64,000 bases of DNA, taken from sequence record OR539219.1. The stretch is one strand, 5' to 3'. A program made the position numbers and the translations under genes. The notes below the pieces were generated by a model. The model was not told the DNA's origin, searched no databases, and saw only the letters and a list, made by a program, of their open reading frames with translations. The stretch comes from Escherichia phage vB-Eco-KMB39. This document shows, piece after piece, positions 1 to 10,079 of the stretch. How positions within the stretch are numbered: position 1 is the stretch's first letter; every line of letters starts with the position of its first letter.

Positions 1-99
1 AAGAGTTTTTTGAACCTTATCTAATTGAATGTCAATAGGATTTCCACCTACTGACATTATATTTTGATACCTAACTCGGTTTAGTTTAAAATTCTTCAC
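1..99 (-). CDS. 46: Recombination endonuclease subunit gp46 (Rad50/SbcC-like), N-terminal 33 codons only; gene continues beyond window start
   Basis: Reverse complement of 1-99 translates to (V/M)KNFKLNRVRYQNIMSVGGNPIDIQLDKVQKTL, matching the recalled T4 gp46 N-terminus; apparent GTG start at 97-99 preceded by AAGGAA; lies downstream of gene 47 as in T4. Confidence 0.8.
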   Translation of the reverse strand, partial: MKNFKLNRVRYQNIMSVGGNPIDIQLDKVQKTL

Positions 100-359
100 A
101 AAAGATTCCTTTTAATGTATCTTTTAGACCATTCTATCATATCATCATAATCTAAAAAGTATTCATCAAATTCAGCCATGCAAACAACACCCTGTGCTGC
201 TTTTGATGTGATATAAATTATTCCAACATATCTAGAATCTTCTTCGGTGTAATCAATATTTGCTATGAATTCATCGTTAATGTCAAATGTCGAAAACTTC
301 ACAGTATGCATCCTTAATACAAGATACAGCCATATCTTGTAATGATTTAGGTGTGTCAT
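96..359 (-). CDS. Small hypothetical protein (46.1-like position); start uncertain (alternative ATG at 309-311)
   Basis: ORF between genes 47 and 46 on the coding strand; overlaps neighbouring ORF, no motif. Confidence 0.4.
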   Translation of the reverse strand: MTHLNHYKIWLYLVLRMHTVKFSTFDINDEFIANIDYTEEDSRYVGIIYITSKAAQGVVCMAEFDEYFLDYDDMIEWSKRYIKRNLL

Positions 360-546
360 TATCTAAAATGTTGAAGTTAAAAGATACAGCCCAGTCAGTG
401 CAGACCGTAACCTTTTTAATACAATTATCTTCAACCTCTAGTGGTTCAAACCAGTATTCAATAATTTCTTTATGCCCAATATCATCTTTTACTTCGCATT
501 CAAAATGCTGACTCATCATAACATTTTTAAATTCATCAAAAGTCAT
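283..546 (-). CDS. Small hypothetical protein (46.2-like position)
   Basis: ATG at 544-546 overlaps gp47 stop in ATGA arrangement typical of T4 operons. Confidence 0.5.
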   Translation of the reverse strand: MTFDEFKNVMMSQHFECEVKDDIGHKEIIEYWFEPLEVEDNCIKKVTVCTDWAVSFNFNILDNDTPKSLQDMAVSCIKDAYCEVFDI

Positions 547-1562
547 TGTGTTGCCTCTACATATAACTGATTTGCATATTGAATAAGTGCTTCGCGATCA
601 GAATCAGTGATGTCTGGAATTGCATTAATGTATTCTTCCATCAACGTCTGAAGAGATTGAACTTCAACCTCTTCGCTATCATCTGACTCGACAGAGTTAT
701 CAATCTTTGACACAACTCGTAATGAATGCACAACTTTTTCTAGTTCAGATTCGAACTTCGTCAGATTTTTGTCTACCTCAGTTACTATAACACGTACTGA
801 CAGATTTGTAAAATCTTTATAGTCAATTTTTCCCTTAAATGGATATTGAATTCGACGATGCCAGGTAGTGTTGTTTGGAATAAATTCCATTCGTTCTGTT
901 TCTGTATCAAACATCCAGAACCCGCGAGGGTCATTCTCGTCACCTGCAGTTAGTGTCCATGGTGTCCCAATATATTTGACGTTAGCAGCCTCAGAGATAG
1001 TATGGAAGTGACCAGACCACACTTCTTTATAAGTCTTAAGGAAATCAGGTTCAAGACCGTGAGATTTCATTCCTTTATAAAAATAAAATCCATTCAGTTC
1101 CCAGTGACCAACACAAAAGGAAGCAGATGAAGTTTTAATATGTTCAAGAATTTCACCGGTATTTTCTTCACACATCCAAGGAATTAAATCAATCAAACAT
1201 CCGTCAAAATCTACTGTAGTAGGCTTATCATATACTTTAACATTAGGATATTTAGCCAAAAGCTCAGTAGAAGCATTTGGAGTTAAAGTATTTTTAAAGT
1301 GCATATCATGGTTTCCTACAACAGTATGTAGGGTAATACCAGCATCATCAAGCATTTGAACTATTTCACGTGCGAACTCCATAGTTTTATGCGTGATTGC
1401 TTTTCGCACATCAAAAATATCACCGTATTGAATCCATGTAGTAATTCCATTTTTCTTAGAATATTCTATCGCCTGCTTAATTCCATCCAGCTGGATTGAT
1501 TGAACCCACTCATCATCGGCTTTAACGCCTAAATGCCAATCACCTAAATTTAAAATTTTCAT
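543..1562 (-). CDS. 47: Recombination nuclease subunit gp47 (Mre11/SbcD-like phosphoesterase)
   Basis: 339 aa, N-terminus MKILNLGDWHLG with metallophosphoesterase motifs (GDxHD, GNHD); same length as T4 gp47. Confidence 0.94.
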   Translation of the reverse strand: MKILNLGDWHLGVKADDEWVQSIQLDGIKQAIEYSKKNGITTWIQYGDIFDVRKAITHKTMEFAREIVQMLDDAGITLHTVVGNHDMHFKNTLTPNASTELLAKYPNVKVYDKPTTVDFDGCLIDLIPWMCEENTGEILEHIKTSSASFCVGHWELNGFYFYKGMKSHGLEPDFLKTYKEVWSGHFHTISEAANVKYIGTPWTLTAGDENDPRGFWMFDTETERMEFIPNNTTWHRRIQYPFKGKIDYKDFTNLSVRVIVTEVDKNLTKFESELEKVVHSLRVVSKIDNSVESDDSEEVEVQSLQTLMEEYINAIPDITDSDREALIQYANQLYVEATQ

Positions 1563-1738
1563 ATATCAAGAACCGTCATTGAAATGCAAAATAAAATTAT
1601 TGAAATAAATCCATCTGGAGTGCTAAAGAACCCAATCCAACATGCTCTAGTGAATAGATAAAATGCGAGAAAAAGTATCACATATCCAAGAAATATCATT
1701 ATATCAAACTCCGTATAAAGCTAAAGGGCCGAAGCCCT

Positions 1739-2941
1739 TTATTTTGTAATAATGTCAAACTGCTCTTTAAAGCAGAAGCTTGAATCTTGATGCTGATACA
1801 AAAATTCATAAGCTTTTTCGCGTTCACGGTCATAAAGAGCTCGGTCAGATGACAGTTCTTTAATATGTTCAAATGTTGATTCCATGTCATTTTCATCAAA
1901 CCAAACGATACCGCTATCGTGCGAAATTAATGGAGTATTATCAACACGGAATTTTAAATTTTCGCCAGTAGATTTCCAAAATACTGGAATTGTTCCACAT
2001 GCACCAAGCTCGAGATGAGTATATTCTAAAGAACGCTGTAGATATTTTTTATCTAATTTACTCAGCTGATAACCAAATCCGGATTTACTCATGCGTTCAA
2101 GCATTTCGCTATTTACATAACGGTCGAGAATTTGCGTCGGCAAATTAGGAGCAATTTTAATTTGGTCTACTTGATGAAGACGATAATACTCGTATGGAAT
2201 TCCTTTTTCTTTAATAGGAATGAACGCTGGAGAACGTTCCAGACCTTCCATAATAGTACTTAGTCCTGCAGGTTTAAGATGTTTTTCGTGAAAATCAAAC
2301 ATCTGATAAAAGCCTTTCCATGTAGTAGTACGACCAATCCAACGGTTGATATTCATGTTAATTTCAGAAACATCTTTCCAGTAAGTTGATCGAACCTTCG
2401 CAATATCCATAGGAGGCTGAAAGTTATATACAGTCGGTGCTTCTTCAATATCATCAAACAGTGAAACAGTTTCTGGATACCATTCTTTCATTAAAACTTT
2501 ATTAAAATCGCCATTATCAGAATGGCTAAAAATAACATCAGCTCGACGAACAGTTTCTTCTAATCCCAAATTTCGACGCAAAGAAAGAGAAGAATGGTCA
2601 TGCTGATAAACTACAACACGAACCGAAGGTTTAATGTTATCAATAATTTTTTTATAGTTATTAATCGTGTCTTCTTCAACTGAAGTAGCAGGAACTGAAT
2701 TGATAACTAGAATATCACAATCATTTACCAACTTAAGTGTTTTATCGTATTCTTTTGCCAATAAAACCGGAATTGAAAATGATTTATAATCATGCGCGCA
2801 ATTACGAGTAAATGATTTATCTTTAGCATAAACCAAAGTTACTTCATGACCATTTTTAATAAACCAATCACGCTGCTCAAGAGAAAATTTAGTTACACCG
2901 CAACCTTCAAGACCTCGAGCCATAAAAATGCATACTTTCAT
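1739..2941 (-). CDS. a-gt: DNA alpha-glucosyltransferase
   Basis: 400 aa; near-colinear with recalled T4 AGT sequence (CIFMARGLEGCGVTKFSLEQRDWFIKNGHEVTLVYAKDKSF). Confidence 0.92.
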   Translation of the reverse strand: MKVCIFMARGLEGCGVTKFSLEQRDWFIKNGHEVTLVYAKDKSFTRNCAHDYKSFSIPVLLAKEYDKTLKLVNDCDILVINSVPATSVEEDTINNYKKIIDNIKPSVRVVVYQHDHSSLSLRRNLGLEETVRRADVIFSHSDNGDFNKVLMKEWYPETVSLFDDIEEAPTVYNFQPPMDIAKVRSTYWKDVSEINMNINRWIGRTTTWKGFYQMFDFHEKHLKPAGLSTIMEGLERSPAFIPIKEKGIPYEYYRLHQVDQIKIAPNLPTQILDRYVNSEMLERMSKSGFGYQLSKLDKKYLQRSLEYTHLELGACGTIPVFWKSTGENLKFRVDNTPLISHDSGIVWFDENDMESTFEHIKELSSDRALYDREREKAYEFLYQHQDSSFCFKEQFDIITK

Positions 2942-3184
2942 TTAATATCCTCATTGTTTTGGTTTATTTTACCAAAAATTTATAAAGCAATATAAGAGCC
3001 GAGGCTCCTATCCGCATAATACGCCATACAGAGGCTCATTAGAGCTTCTAAATTTTATGCGCTTATATGTTATAGTTCCTTCTGCTTTAGCTTTATCATG
3101 AGACTCTTTAAAGCGTCTCATCATTTCTACTTTAGAGGAACGAATTTTATTATAATCTATTTCAGAAGTCTGGGTGTTCATCTT

Positions 3185-3391
3185 TCACAGTTGCCACCAT
3201 TTTTTGACTTGATAAGAATCAACCCACACTTTCATATTAGGGTCTGCTCTTACAATAGGAGGATTAACTTCTTTAATTGAACTATCATGGTATTCTTTTT
3301 CAGAAATTTTCACACAAAGATGACCGTTCAAAGATTCAGTAAATCCTGCATTAATTTTAAGACGCTTGAATTTTACGTGTGTAAGCATCAA
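3185..3391 (-). CDS. Small hypothetical protein
   Basis: ORF on coding strand between gp55 and a-gt; no motif. Confidence 0.35.
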   Translation of the reverse strand: MMLTHVKFKRLKINAGFTESLNGHLCVKISEKEYHDSSIKEVNPPIVRADPNMKVWVDSYQVKKWWQL

Positions 3392-3674
3392 TCATATCCT
3401 CAATCTGCGATCTAGTAGTCTTCCAAAGAATACTAATGAGTTCATCATTATATGGCTGTTTTAGAATATCCCGACTTTTCTTGATAGCATATTCGTATTG
3501 AGCAAAATTATTGTTTTCAGCTGCAATTTGAGCGTGTTTATAAAGACGGTTCAGTTCGCATTTGTTTTTAGACAATAACTTATTTGCTTTTCTTTCTGCT
3601 TCAAGACGGTTCTTTTCTTCAATAGAAGAAATAAGCTTTTCCACTTCATCATTAATTTCGGGTTTATCAGTCAT
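3357..3674 (-). CDS. Hypothetical protein
   Basis: 105-aa ORF, compact arrangement with neighbours. Confidence 0.45.
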   Translation of the reverse strand: MTDKPEINDEVEKLISSIEEKNRLEAERKANKLLSKNKCELNRLYKHAQIAAENNNFAQYEYAIKKSRDILKQPYNDELISILWKTTRSQIEDMIDAYTRKIQAS

Positions 3675-3675
3675 A

Positions 3676-3894
3676 TTATTTCTCTAATATAAAATAAAAA
3701 TCATCATCTGTTAAATGATACCGATAGTTTAATTCTACACCATTAGATTTAAAAGCGGTATCATACGGATTTTCTGGATCAATATCAATGTCAAGAGCTA
3801 AAACTTCCCTGAGATACATTTTAAGTAAATAGGGAATAGCTTCAACTTCAGGTATTTCTTCCAAGAATCCGGAGAGGTTAATCGTTAGCCTCAT
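3676..3894 (-). CDS. Small hypothetical protein
   Basis: 72-aa ORF immediately downstream of gp55. Confidence 0.4.
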
Positions 3895-4435
3895 ATAAAA
3901 AATCCAAACTAGGAGAATCGTCTACAACACTTTTCTTTTCAGCCCCCGGTGTTCTATAGGTTGATTCTTCGTAATGCGTCATTTTATCGTAGATGTCTTG
4001 AATAAAAGTTTCATCTACTAACGCAACCATATCGTCGTCACGACTGTCATAGACATTGTGAACGAAGTAACTATATTTCTTTGCAACTTCCTTACGTTCT
4101 TTTTTAATACGTTGGACGAATGCATTAAAACAAGCTTGAGTTATATATGCATGTGGGTTTTTATATTTCGTTTCATCAAAATTATGAAGTCCCTTAATAG
4201 AAGCTTCTATACCATCTGCAATCATTTCTTGTTTCCAAGACTGGGTGTATCCTGAAAAGTTGAAACGTTTAGATAAGCCTTCTGCAATAAGCATAATGGC
4301 TAATCCGATAGTATCATTCTGACGAACTACTTTATTTGGGTCTTTATTATTTGCTAATTCTGTTTTCCAATCAATAATAGCTTGTAAAAGCTCTTTATTG
4401 TTTACGTAATTATATTTAGGCTTAGTTTCTGACAT
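3878..4435 (-). CDS. 55: Late-transcription sigma factor gp55
   Basis: From ATG at 4433-4435 gives 185 aa starting [27 protein letters not shown] as in T4 gp55; SD GAGGTG upstream. Confidence 0.93.
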
Positions 4436-4513
4436 TTTCACCTCTTAGCTCAATTCATAGATCTATTATATCATAATATTTGAAGATCTATCTTAAAGCA
4501 TAGAGGATATCAG

Positions 4514-4783
4514 TTATCTAAGTAAGCAGTATGCTTGGAATACTTTCTCCATCATCTTTTTAAATTCATGAATATCTATATAATGACTAGTTAAATCAGC
4601 ATGATATAAAAAGTCTAAAAACTTTTCATGTGTGCTAACATATTCGCTTTCATTTAATTCAGAAACATGGCTTTCCCAATATCCAACACCAGTCTTATTT
4701 GGGAAAAATGAAATTTTCATATATTGGTCAACATAGAAAATTCCATAATTTTCAATAGTAATAGAAATATTAATAAATTTCAT
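4514..4783 (-). CDS. Small hypothetical protein
   Basis: ORF on coding strand. Confidence 0.4.
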   Translation of the reverse strand: MKFINISITIENYGIFYVDQYMKISFFPNKTGVGYWESHVSELNESEYVSTHEKFLDFLYHADLTSHYIDIHEFKKMMEKVFQAYCLLR

Positions 4784-4995
4784 GCATTCATCAACTTAGC
4801 CGCTTCAAGAGCTGCATCTAGTGAATCAAATTGATCGACATATTCAATCAATTCGCCGTAATTAGCATATAACCACCATTGGCTAAATTCATACTCAAGG
4901 ATAAATCCATTTCCTTCAATTTGAGTTAAACCAATGCCATTTGTATTTACTTCATATCCGGCAAGACGCAAATCATTGATAAGAGATTCATTCAT
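4780..4995 (-). CDS. Small hypothetical protein
   Basis: ORF with 4-nt overlap to neighbour. Confidence 0.4.
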   Translation of the reverse strand: MNESLINDLRLAGYEVNTNGIGLTQIEGNGFILEYEFSQWWLYANYGELIEYVDQFDSLDAALEAAKLMNA

Positions 4996-4997
4996 AA

Positions 4998-5324
4998 TTA
5001 TACCTTAGTAATTTTCAGATCAGCAAATTTTTTCTTGCGTTGATTTTTCATACGACGAATAGTTTTATCAGAAATTTCATGCTTTTGATAAGCTTTAGAT
5101 TCTACACCAAAAGCTTTAACATCAAATTCTGACAAGATATATTGAACCAACAATTCACGAATAGTATTTCGTCCAATTTTCTGATCATTCTGTTTCATCA
5201 TCTGATGAAGCTCTTTTTCCCATTTATCCAAAATTTGAGGAGTTACAATATCGCCTTTTTCTAGCAGAGAAACTACTTTATCATATGCATAAGAATTGAT
5301 GGCGTTTTTAATTTGAATAGTCAT
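4998..5324 (-). CDS. Hypothetical protein
   Basis: 108-aa ORF. Confidence 0.45.
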   Translation of the reverse strand: MTIQIKNAINSYAYDKVVSLLEKGDIVTPQILDKWEKELHQMMKQNDQKIGRNTIRELLVQYILSEFDVKAFGVESKAYQKHEISDKTIRRMKNQRKKKFADLKITKV

Positions 5325-5376
5325 ACATTATCCTCAATTGCGTTAAAATTTTATTATCCAAAAAGGGCCGAAGCCC

Positions 5377-5577
5377 TTAGCTAAACTGTTTGGCGCCCTT
5401 CCAGCCTTCGTACATCATTGCGGCTGATATTAATATTGCTCCTGCGCATTTTGAATATTTGTGATTCCAAAACCAGTTCAGAAAAACTTCGTCATCAATA
5501 CCTTGGGCTATCATATTTTCAAAGAACTGACGACGAGCTTCGGCAATTCGTTGCGATAATTTAGATTCAGGATTCAT
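5377..5577 (-). CDS. Small hypothetical protein
   Basis: 66-aa ORF ending inside a UUCG-loop terminator hairpin. Confidence 0.4.
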   Translation of the reverse strand: MNPESKLSQRIAEARRQFFENMIAQGIDDEVFLNWFWNHKYSKCAGAILISAAMMYEGWKGAKQFS

Positions 5578-5709
5578 TTAAATTTTCCAGTTACCATTTT
5601 CATCAATGAATTTAATCCAGTCATTTACTGACCACTTGGTCGTATCGCCTTTTGGAGCAACATTTAAAGTGTATAATCCTTGTTTAAAAAGCATTCGTTT
5701 GATATTCAT
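5578..5709 (-). CDS. Very small hypothetical protein (43 aa from ATG 5707-5709)
   Basis: ATG preceded by GAGGAAA; longer track ORF 5578-5793 overlaps upstream gene. Confidence 0.3.
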   Translation of the reverse strand: MNIKRMLFKQGLYTLNVAPKGDTTKWSVNDWIKFIDENGNWKI

Positions 5710-5716
5710 ATTTTCC

Positions 5717-6010
5717 TCAGCTGTAACGATAGCACTCGTTTGATTTGCGCTTAGCAACTCGTTGAGAAGTATTGTAATCAAAATCATCGTCAATGTAAAC
5801 TGATTTTTTCAACTTTCTTACTTCACTACGTAATTGACGATTTAGCTCATCTTTAACTTCTGAATCAATGCCTTTCATTCTACGCCATTTATCAGAGCGA
5901 AAAATGTTTTCAACCATATCTTTATGACTTACACCATCAGGAGCTTTACGCTTTCCGAAATAGTCATAATCACGCACTTTTAAATCTTTACGACGATACG
6001 TTTTACCCAT
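5717..6010 (-). CDS. Small basic hypothetical protein
   Basis: ATG 6008-6010 preceded by AGGAA; Lys/Arg-rich. Confidence 0.45.
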   Translation of the reverse strand: MGKTYRRKDLKVRDYDYFGKRKAPDGVSHKDMVENIFRSDKWRRMKGIDSEVKDELNRQLRSEVRKLKKSVYIDDDFDYNTSQRVAKRKSNECYRYS

Positions 6011-6185
6011 GGAGTTTAATTTCCTTAGCAACTGAACTAAATACAGCACGATCACAAATCATCTGTTTATGTAACTTAAGTATAAGATAATAAACTTCAA
6101 AACCGTTTACATAAGTAACACGAACAACATTACCATTAATAAAATAATATTGTCCCTTTTTAATTTCTTTATCAACCACAACCAT
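6003..6185 (-). CDS. Small hypothetical protein
   Basis: 60-aa ORF. Confidence 0.35.
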   Translation of the reverse strand: MVVVDKEIKKGQYYFINGNVVRVTYVNGFEVYYLILKLHKQMICDRAVFSSVAKEIKLHG

Positions 6186-6342
6186 ATCAAATCCTCAAAG
6201 GCAATTCATATGTTAATAATACCACAGTTTGAACTTCTTGTAAACAACTTTGTGAAAATTATTTTAGGGAATGATAAGAAGTGAATGATAGTTAGAATGG
6301 TAATATACAGAATGTGAGAAAGAAAGGCCCAGAGGGCCCGTC

Positions 6343-6666
6343 TTAGTCTTCTATGATATCTCTATCATATCCAAGTGAAATGAGAGTTTCTTTGAAGTGT
6401 TTAATGTTCTTTTGTCTAGAATCATTAATGAAAATGACTGGATAACGAATGTTAAGAGATGTGAATCCAGCGCGTTTAGCAAGAGATACAATCAGTGGAC
6501 GATCATACTCAATCTTGCCATTATTTGTAAGAACTTTATAGAAAGTAAAAGGAGCATTGAGCTCCTTTAGAAGTTTTGTAACTGATTGACATCCAGGACA
6601 ACGACCTACTTCTTCGGGGATGCCATAGATTTCAATCTTATTCTTTAAGTTCGAGTTTTGTTCCAC
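6343..6666 (-). CDS. Glutaredoxin/NrdH-like redoxin (CPGC motif); start uncertain, possibly GTG at 6664-6666
   Basis: C-terminal region contains EEVGRCPGCQ redox-active motif; track ORF 6343-6795 overlaps upstream ORF so a later start is likely. Confidence 0.5.
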   Translation of the reverse strand: MEQNSNLKNKIEIYGIPEEVGRCPGCQSVTKLLKELNAPFTFYKVLTNNGKIEYDRPLIVSLAKRAGFTSLNIRYPVIFINDSRQKNIKHFKETLISLGYDRDIIED

Positions 6667-6949
6667 GAGAAATAATTCCTTGATAAGCCCAGTATGGCGG
6701 GTTAACAGAATCATCGCCAGAATTTTCTTCAGGAAAATAAACCTGGATAACAAATCCAGATGCATCAAAGGTAAAATAAACCGTAGGTAATTCACCTAAC
6801 AATTCAGCGCGGTTATTAATTTCTTCAAGTTCTCGTTCACGCCCAGCCCAAAAACTAGGATTTAGACTGCATTCATAAAAATAATAGTCATTACCGAACA
6901 TATCAAAACCCTTCCAACTCTCTACCACATACCGCTCAAAACTAATCAT
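6638..6949 (-). CDS. Hypothetical protein
   Basis: 103-aa ORF. Confidence 0.45.
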   Translation of the reverse strand: MISFERYVVESWKGFDMFGNDYYFYECSLNPSFWAGRERELEEINNRAELLGELPTVYFTFDASGFVIQVYFPEENSGDDSVNPPYWAYQGIISRGTKLELKE

Positions 6950-6951
6950 AA

Positions 6952-7167
6952 TTAAGCCTTTTTATCAAGAACCGCATTCAGTTTGTTAGTAATTTTATCC
7001 AGACGCTCATTGAACTCACTAGAAGATAAGCCTTTTTCTGGAGAAATCAAACTAATCACGAAAAATATAGCAATAAAAGGAATAAGAAAAATAGCTCCAA
7101 CTGCCATAAACAAAAAGAACGTTACAGTTGTAAGAAAATCAGCTAAACCTTTACGAAATTTATACAT
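6952..7167 (-). CDS. Small membrane protein
   Basis: 71 aa with long hydrophobic segment FLFMAVGAIFLIPFIAIFFVISLI. Confidence 0.45.
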   Translation of the reverse strand: MYKFRKGLADFLTTVTFFLFMAVGAIFLIPFIAIFFVISLISPEKGLSSSEFNERLDKITNKLNAVLDKKA

Positions 7168-7282
7168 ATTTTACCCTTAATTGATTAACCAAGCATTGAT
7201 AAGTACTAAACTATACTGCGAATAAAATTCTGGACCAAAATGAAAAATCATATCATTTATAGTATCAATAATATAATTCAGT

Positions 7283-7753
7283 TTAATCATGTTTCCACAC
7301 CCCATCGGTATTTGACCAAAGTCGCTGATTATCTGAACCTCGCCACAGCTTTTTGGTCGGAAGATTTTTCTCATACTTCCCATCAATAATAACATCAACA
7401 TATTTAAGCATTTCTAGTTGTTTAATATCTTCAAATTTATATCCTGTCCACAACCAAATGCTTTTATTCGGATAAAGATTTTTTACTGTTTGAACCACAG
7501 AGTGAATCACGTCTCTGTTATCAGGATAAAGAGGGTCACCTCCGGTTATAGTTAATCCTTCTATATAATCATTATTCAAACATTCAATTAATTGTTCTAG
7601 TGTTTCATCAGTGAATGGAATACCATTTCTAGCATTCCATGTTGATTTATTATAACACCCTTCGCATTTATGCAAACAACCTGTAACGAAAAGAACGACC
7701 CTGCATCCAGGGCCATTCACAAAATCGCAAGGATAAAATCTATCATAATTCAT
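7283..7753 (-). CDS. nrdG: Anaerobic ribonucleotide reductase activating protein (radical SAM)
   Basis: 156 aa with CxxxCxxC cluster (GCLHKCEGCYN) and position directly downstream of nrdD. Confidence 0.92.
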   Translation of the reverse strand: MNYDRFYPCDFVNGPGCRVVLFVTGCLHKCEGCYNKSTWNARNGIPFTDETLEQLIECLNNDYIEGLTITGGDPLYPDNRDVIHSVVQTVKNLYPNKSIWLWTGYKFEDIKQLEMLKYVDVIIDGKYEKNLPTKKLWRGSDNQRLWSNTDGVWKHD

Positions 7754-9567
7754 TGGTGTTTAACCCTATGCATGATTTCTTTATTTTTACCGAGATTAAA
7801 TCCGCGTTCGTTCGGATTTCCCAAATAACCACATGTTCTTCTTATTGTGTTCATCTTTTTAGGATCAGTTTCTCCACAAATAGAACAAACAAATCCGTTT
7901 TCAGTAGGAGTCATTTCATGGGTACTTCCACATGTAAAACATTTATCTACTGGCATATTAACACCAAAATAATCTAAATGTTGTGCAGCATAATCCCATA
8001 CGGCCTCAAGGCCTTTCAAGTTATTTTTCATATCAGGAAGTTCAACATAAGAAATGTGACCACCTGTCGCAATGAAATGATATGGCGCTTCACGAGAAAT
8101 CTTTTCAAACGGAGTAATATTTTCTTCTACTGAAACGTGGAAACTGTTAGTGTACCAGCCTTTATCGGTAACATCTTTTACACTTCCATATTTTTCTGTA
8201 TCAAGTTTACAGAAGCGATAACAAAGGTTTTCAGCAGGAGTAGAATACAAACTAAAAGCAAACCCAGTTCTTTCAGTCCACTGTTTAAGACGAGCATTCA
8301 TTTTAGTTAAAATTTCTCGTCCAATATCACGACCGACAAGAATATTCAATTCGTGAATACCAATGTATCCTAGAGACACTGAACTTCTACCATTTTTAAA
8401 TAACTCAATTATATCGTCATCAGGTTTAAGACGAACCCCGAATGCACCTTCTTGGTAAAGAATAGGAGCAACAGTCGCTTTAACTCCTTTTAAGGAACTA
8501 ATTCTACACATCAATGCTTCAAAACATAAATCCATTCGTTCATTGAACAATTCAACAAATTTCTGTTCATTGAACTGTGTTCCAATATAAGAATCTAACG
8601 CGATGCGAGGAAGATTCAGTGTTACAACGCCAAGATTATTACGTCCATCAAGAATTTCATTACCAGTCGAATCTTTCCATACACTCAAGAAACTACGGCA
8701 GCCCATTGGAGAAACTGGAACTGAAGAACCAGTAATAGCTTTATTATTCTTAACCGAAATAATGTCAGGATACATTCTTTTGCTTGCACATTCTAACGCA
8801 AGTTGTTTAATATCATAGTTCGGATCATCTTTATAAAGATTAACACCTTCTTCAACAAACATAACAAGCTTAGGGAAAATAGGAGTTATCCCATCACGAC
8901 CAAGACCTTTAATACGATTTTTCAGAATTGCTTTCTGAATCATTCGTTCAGTCCAGTCAGTTCCTGTACCAAATGTAATTGTTACAAAAGGTGTTTGTCC
9001 GTTTGAACTAAAGAGAGTATTTACTTCATATTCATAAGCTTGGAATGCATCGTATACATCTTTTTCTGTTTTAGATTGAGCATAATTCAACGCATCAGCG
9101 ATTTGCCATTTTTCTGCATCCTCAATATGTTTTGCATAGGTGCGTTTAACATAAGGAGAAAGTACTTTATCTACATTAGCAAAAGTCGTTCCGCCGTATT
9201 GATGGGAAGCAACCTGTGCAGTAATTTGTGCCATAATTGCAGTAGCAACACCGATTGATTTAGGAGTTTCAATCTGTGCATTACCAAGCTTAAATCCATT
9301 CTCAAGCATTCCTTTTAAATCTACTAAACAACAATTAGTAAATGGAAGAGCAGGGGAATAATCAATATCGTGGAAATGAATAATTCCGCTTTCATGCGCT
9401 TTCATAATAAAAGACGGGACCATATTTTTGGCAATGTGTTTAGACACAATACCAGCCATAAGGTCCCGTTGAGTTGGAAAAACACGAGAATCTTTATTAG
9501 CATTCTCGTTTAAAAGGTCTTTATTAGTTTTATGAATCAATCCTTCAATTTCTTTTTCAATTGTCAT
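7750..9567 (-). CDS. nrdD: Anaerobic ribonucleoside-triphosphate reductase, uninterrupted (no intron)
   Basis: 605-aa continuous ORF ending with Cys cluster and glycyl-radical region; same length as the T4 NrdD protein. Confidence 0.95.
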   Translation of the reverse strand: MTIEKEIEGLIHKTNKDLLNENANKDSRVFPTQRDLMAGIVSKHIAKNMVPSFIMKAHESGIIHFHDIDYSPALPFTNCCLVDLKGMLENGFKLGNAQIETPKSIGVATAIMAQITAQVASHQYGGTTFANVDKVLSPYVKRTYAKHIEDAEKWQIADALNYAQSKTEKDVYDAFQAYEYEVNTLFSSNGQTPFVTITFGTGTDWTERMIQKAILKNRIKGLGRDGITPIFPKLVMFVEEGVNLYKDDPNYDIKQLALECASKRMYPDIISVKNNKAITGSSVPVSPMGCRSFLSVWKDSTGNEILDGRNNLGVVTLNLPRIALDSYIGTQFNEQKFVELFNERMDLCFEALMCRISSLKGVKATVAPILYQEGAFGVRLKPDDDIIELFKNGRSSVSLGYIGIHELNILVGRDIGREILTKMNARLKQWTERTGFAFSLYSTPAENLCYRFCKLDTEKYGSVKDVTDKGWYTNSFHVSVEENITPFEKISREAPYHFIATGGHISYVELPDMKNNLKGLEAVWDYAAQHLDYFGVNMPVDKCFTCGSTHEMTPTENGFVCSICGETDPKKMNTIRRTCGYLGNPNERGFNLGKNKEIMHRVKHQ

Positions 9568-10037
9568 TTTAAACTCTTTCTAAGCTGCTTCTTAAATGAA
9601 GCTATTAATTGTGTTTTGGTGTCAGATTCATTATATTCAAATCCTCTTTGAAGCATCTCGGCCATCATTTCCTCTTTTCCTAAACGAGAAAATTCCTTTG
9701 ATTTATCTCCAACGAAGTTAGGGTGAATATTATTTTGGGTGTAATCGGATTTTAAATAAGTAAGTAAATTTTCTAACCATTCAAGATAATCAACGCCTTG
9801 TCCCTTTAAACCAGAGCGATTAAATTTATGTTTCATTTGACCTTCTGCAGCATTGCAGAGATTACAAAGCAATCCACGTACCTTTCCTGCTTTTGGTCCA
9901 TTTAATTCATGGTCATGATCGAGGTGATTAGCTTGAACATCAGGATTTAGTTCTCGTTGGCAAATTAAGCATTTACCGTTTTGTGCATCATAAAATTTCT
10001 GTTTTTCTTCTTTATATAATTTGCCAGTCAATAACAT
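9564..10037 (-). CDS. 49: Endonuclease VII (Holliday junction resolvase)
   Basis: 157 aa, MLLTGKLYKEEKQKFYDAQNGKCLICQ Zn-binding N-terminus as in T4 gp49. Confidence 0.94.
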   Translation of the reverse strand: MLLTGKLYKEEKQKFYDAQNGKCLICQRELNPDVQANHLDHDHELNGPKAGKVRGLLCNLCNAAEGQMKHKFNRSGLKGQGVDYLEWLENLLTYLKSDYTQNNIHPNFVGDKSKEFSRLGKEEMMAEMLQRGFEYNESDTKTQLIASFKKQLRKSLK

Positions 10038-10079
10038 AATAAAACCCTTACCTTAAATAGATAAGGGTATTTATTATTT

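Noticed and set aside
287-511. Plus-strand ORFs scattered through the minus-strand early region (e.g. 287-511, 3098-3280, 4058-4255, 7753-7977, 8603-9258, 11855-12184, 12365-13281, 22408-22605, 26539-27065, 29450-29713)
   Set aside because: Each is antisense to a well-supported minus-strand gene, short, and lacks a convincing ribosome-binding site; typical AT-rich antisense frames.
1699-1899. 66-aa ORF overlapping the 3' end of alpha-glucosyltransferase; similar cases at 13998-14246, 19155-19349, 19984-20199 and 28618-28833
   Set aside because: Same-strand alternative frames nested within larger, motif-supported genes.
7177-7401. 74-aa ORF overlapping the 3' end of nrdG
   Set aside because: Overlaps the confirmed nrdG reading frame for most of its length; only a 37-codon remnant downstream of nrdG would be free, too short to call.
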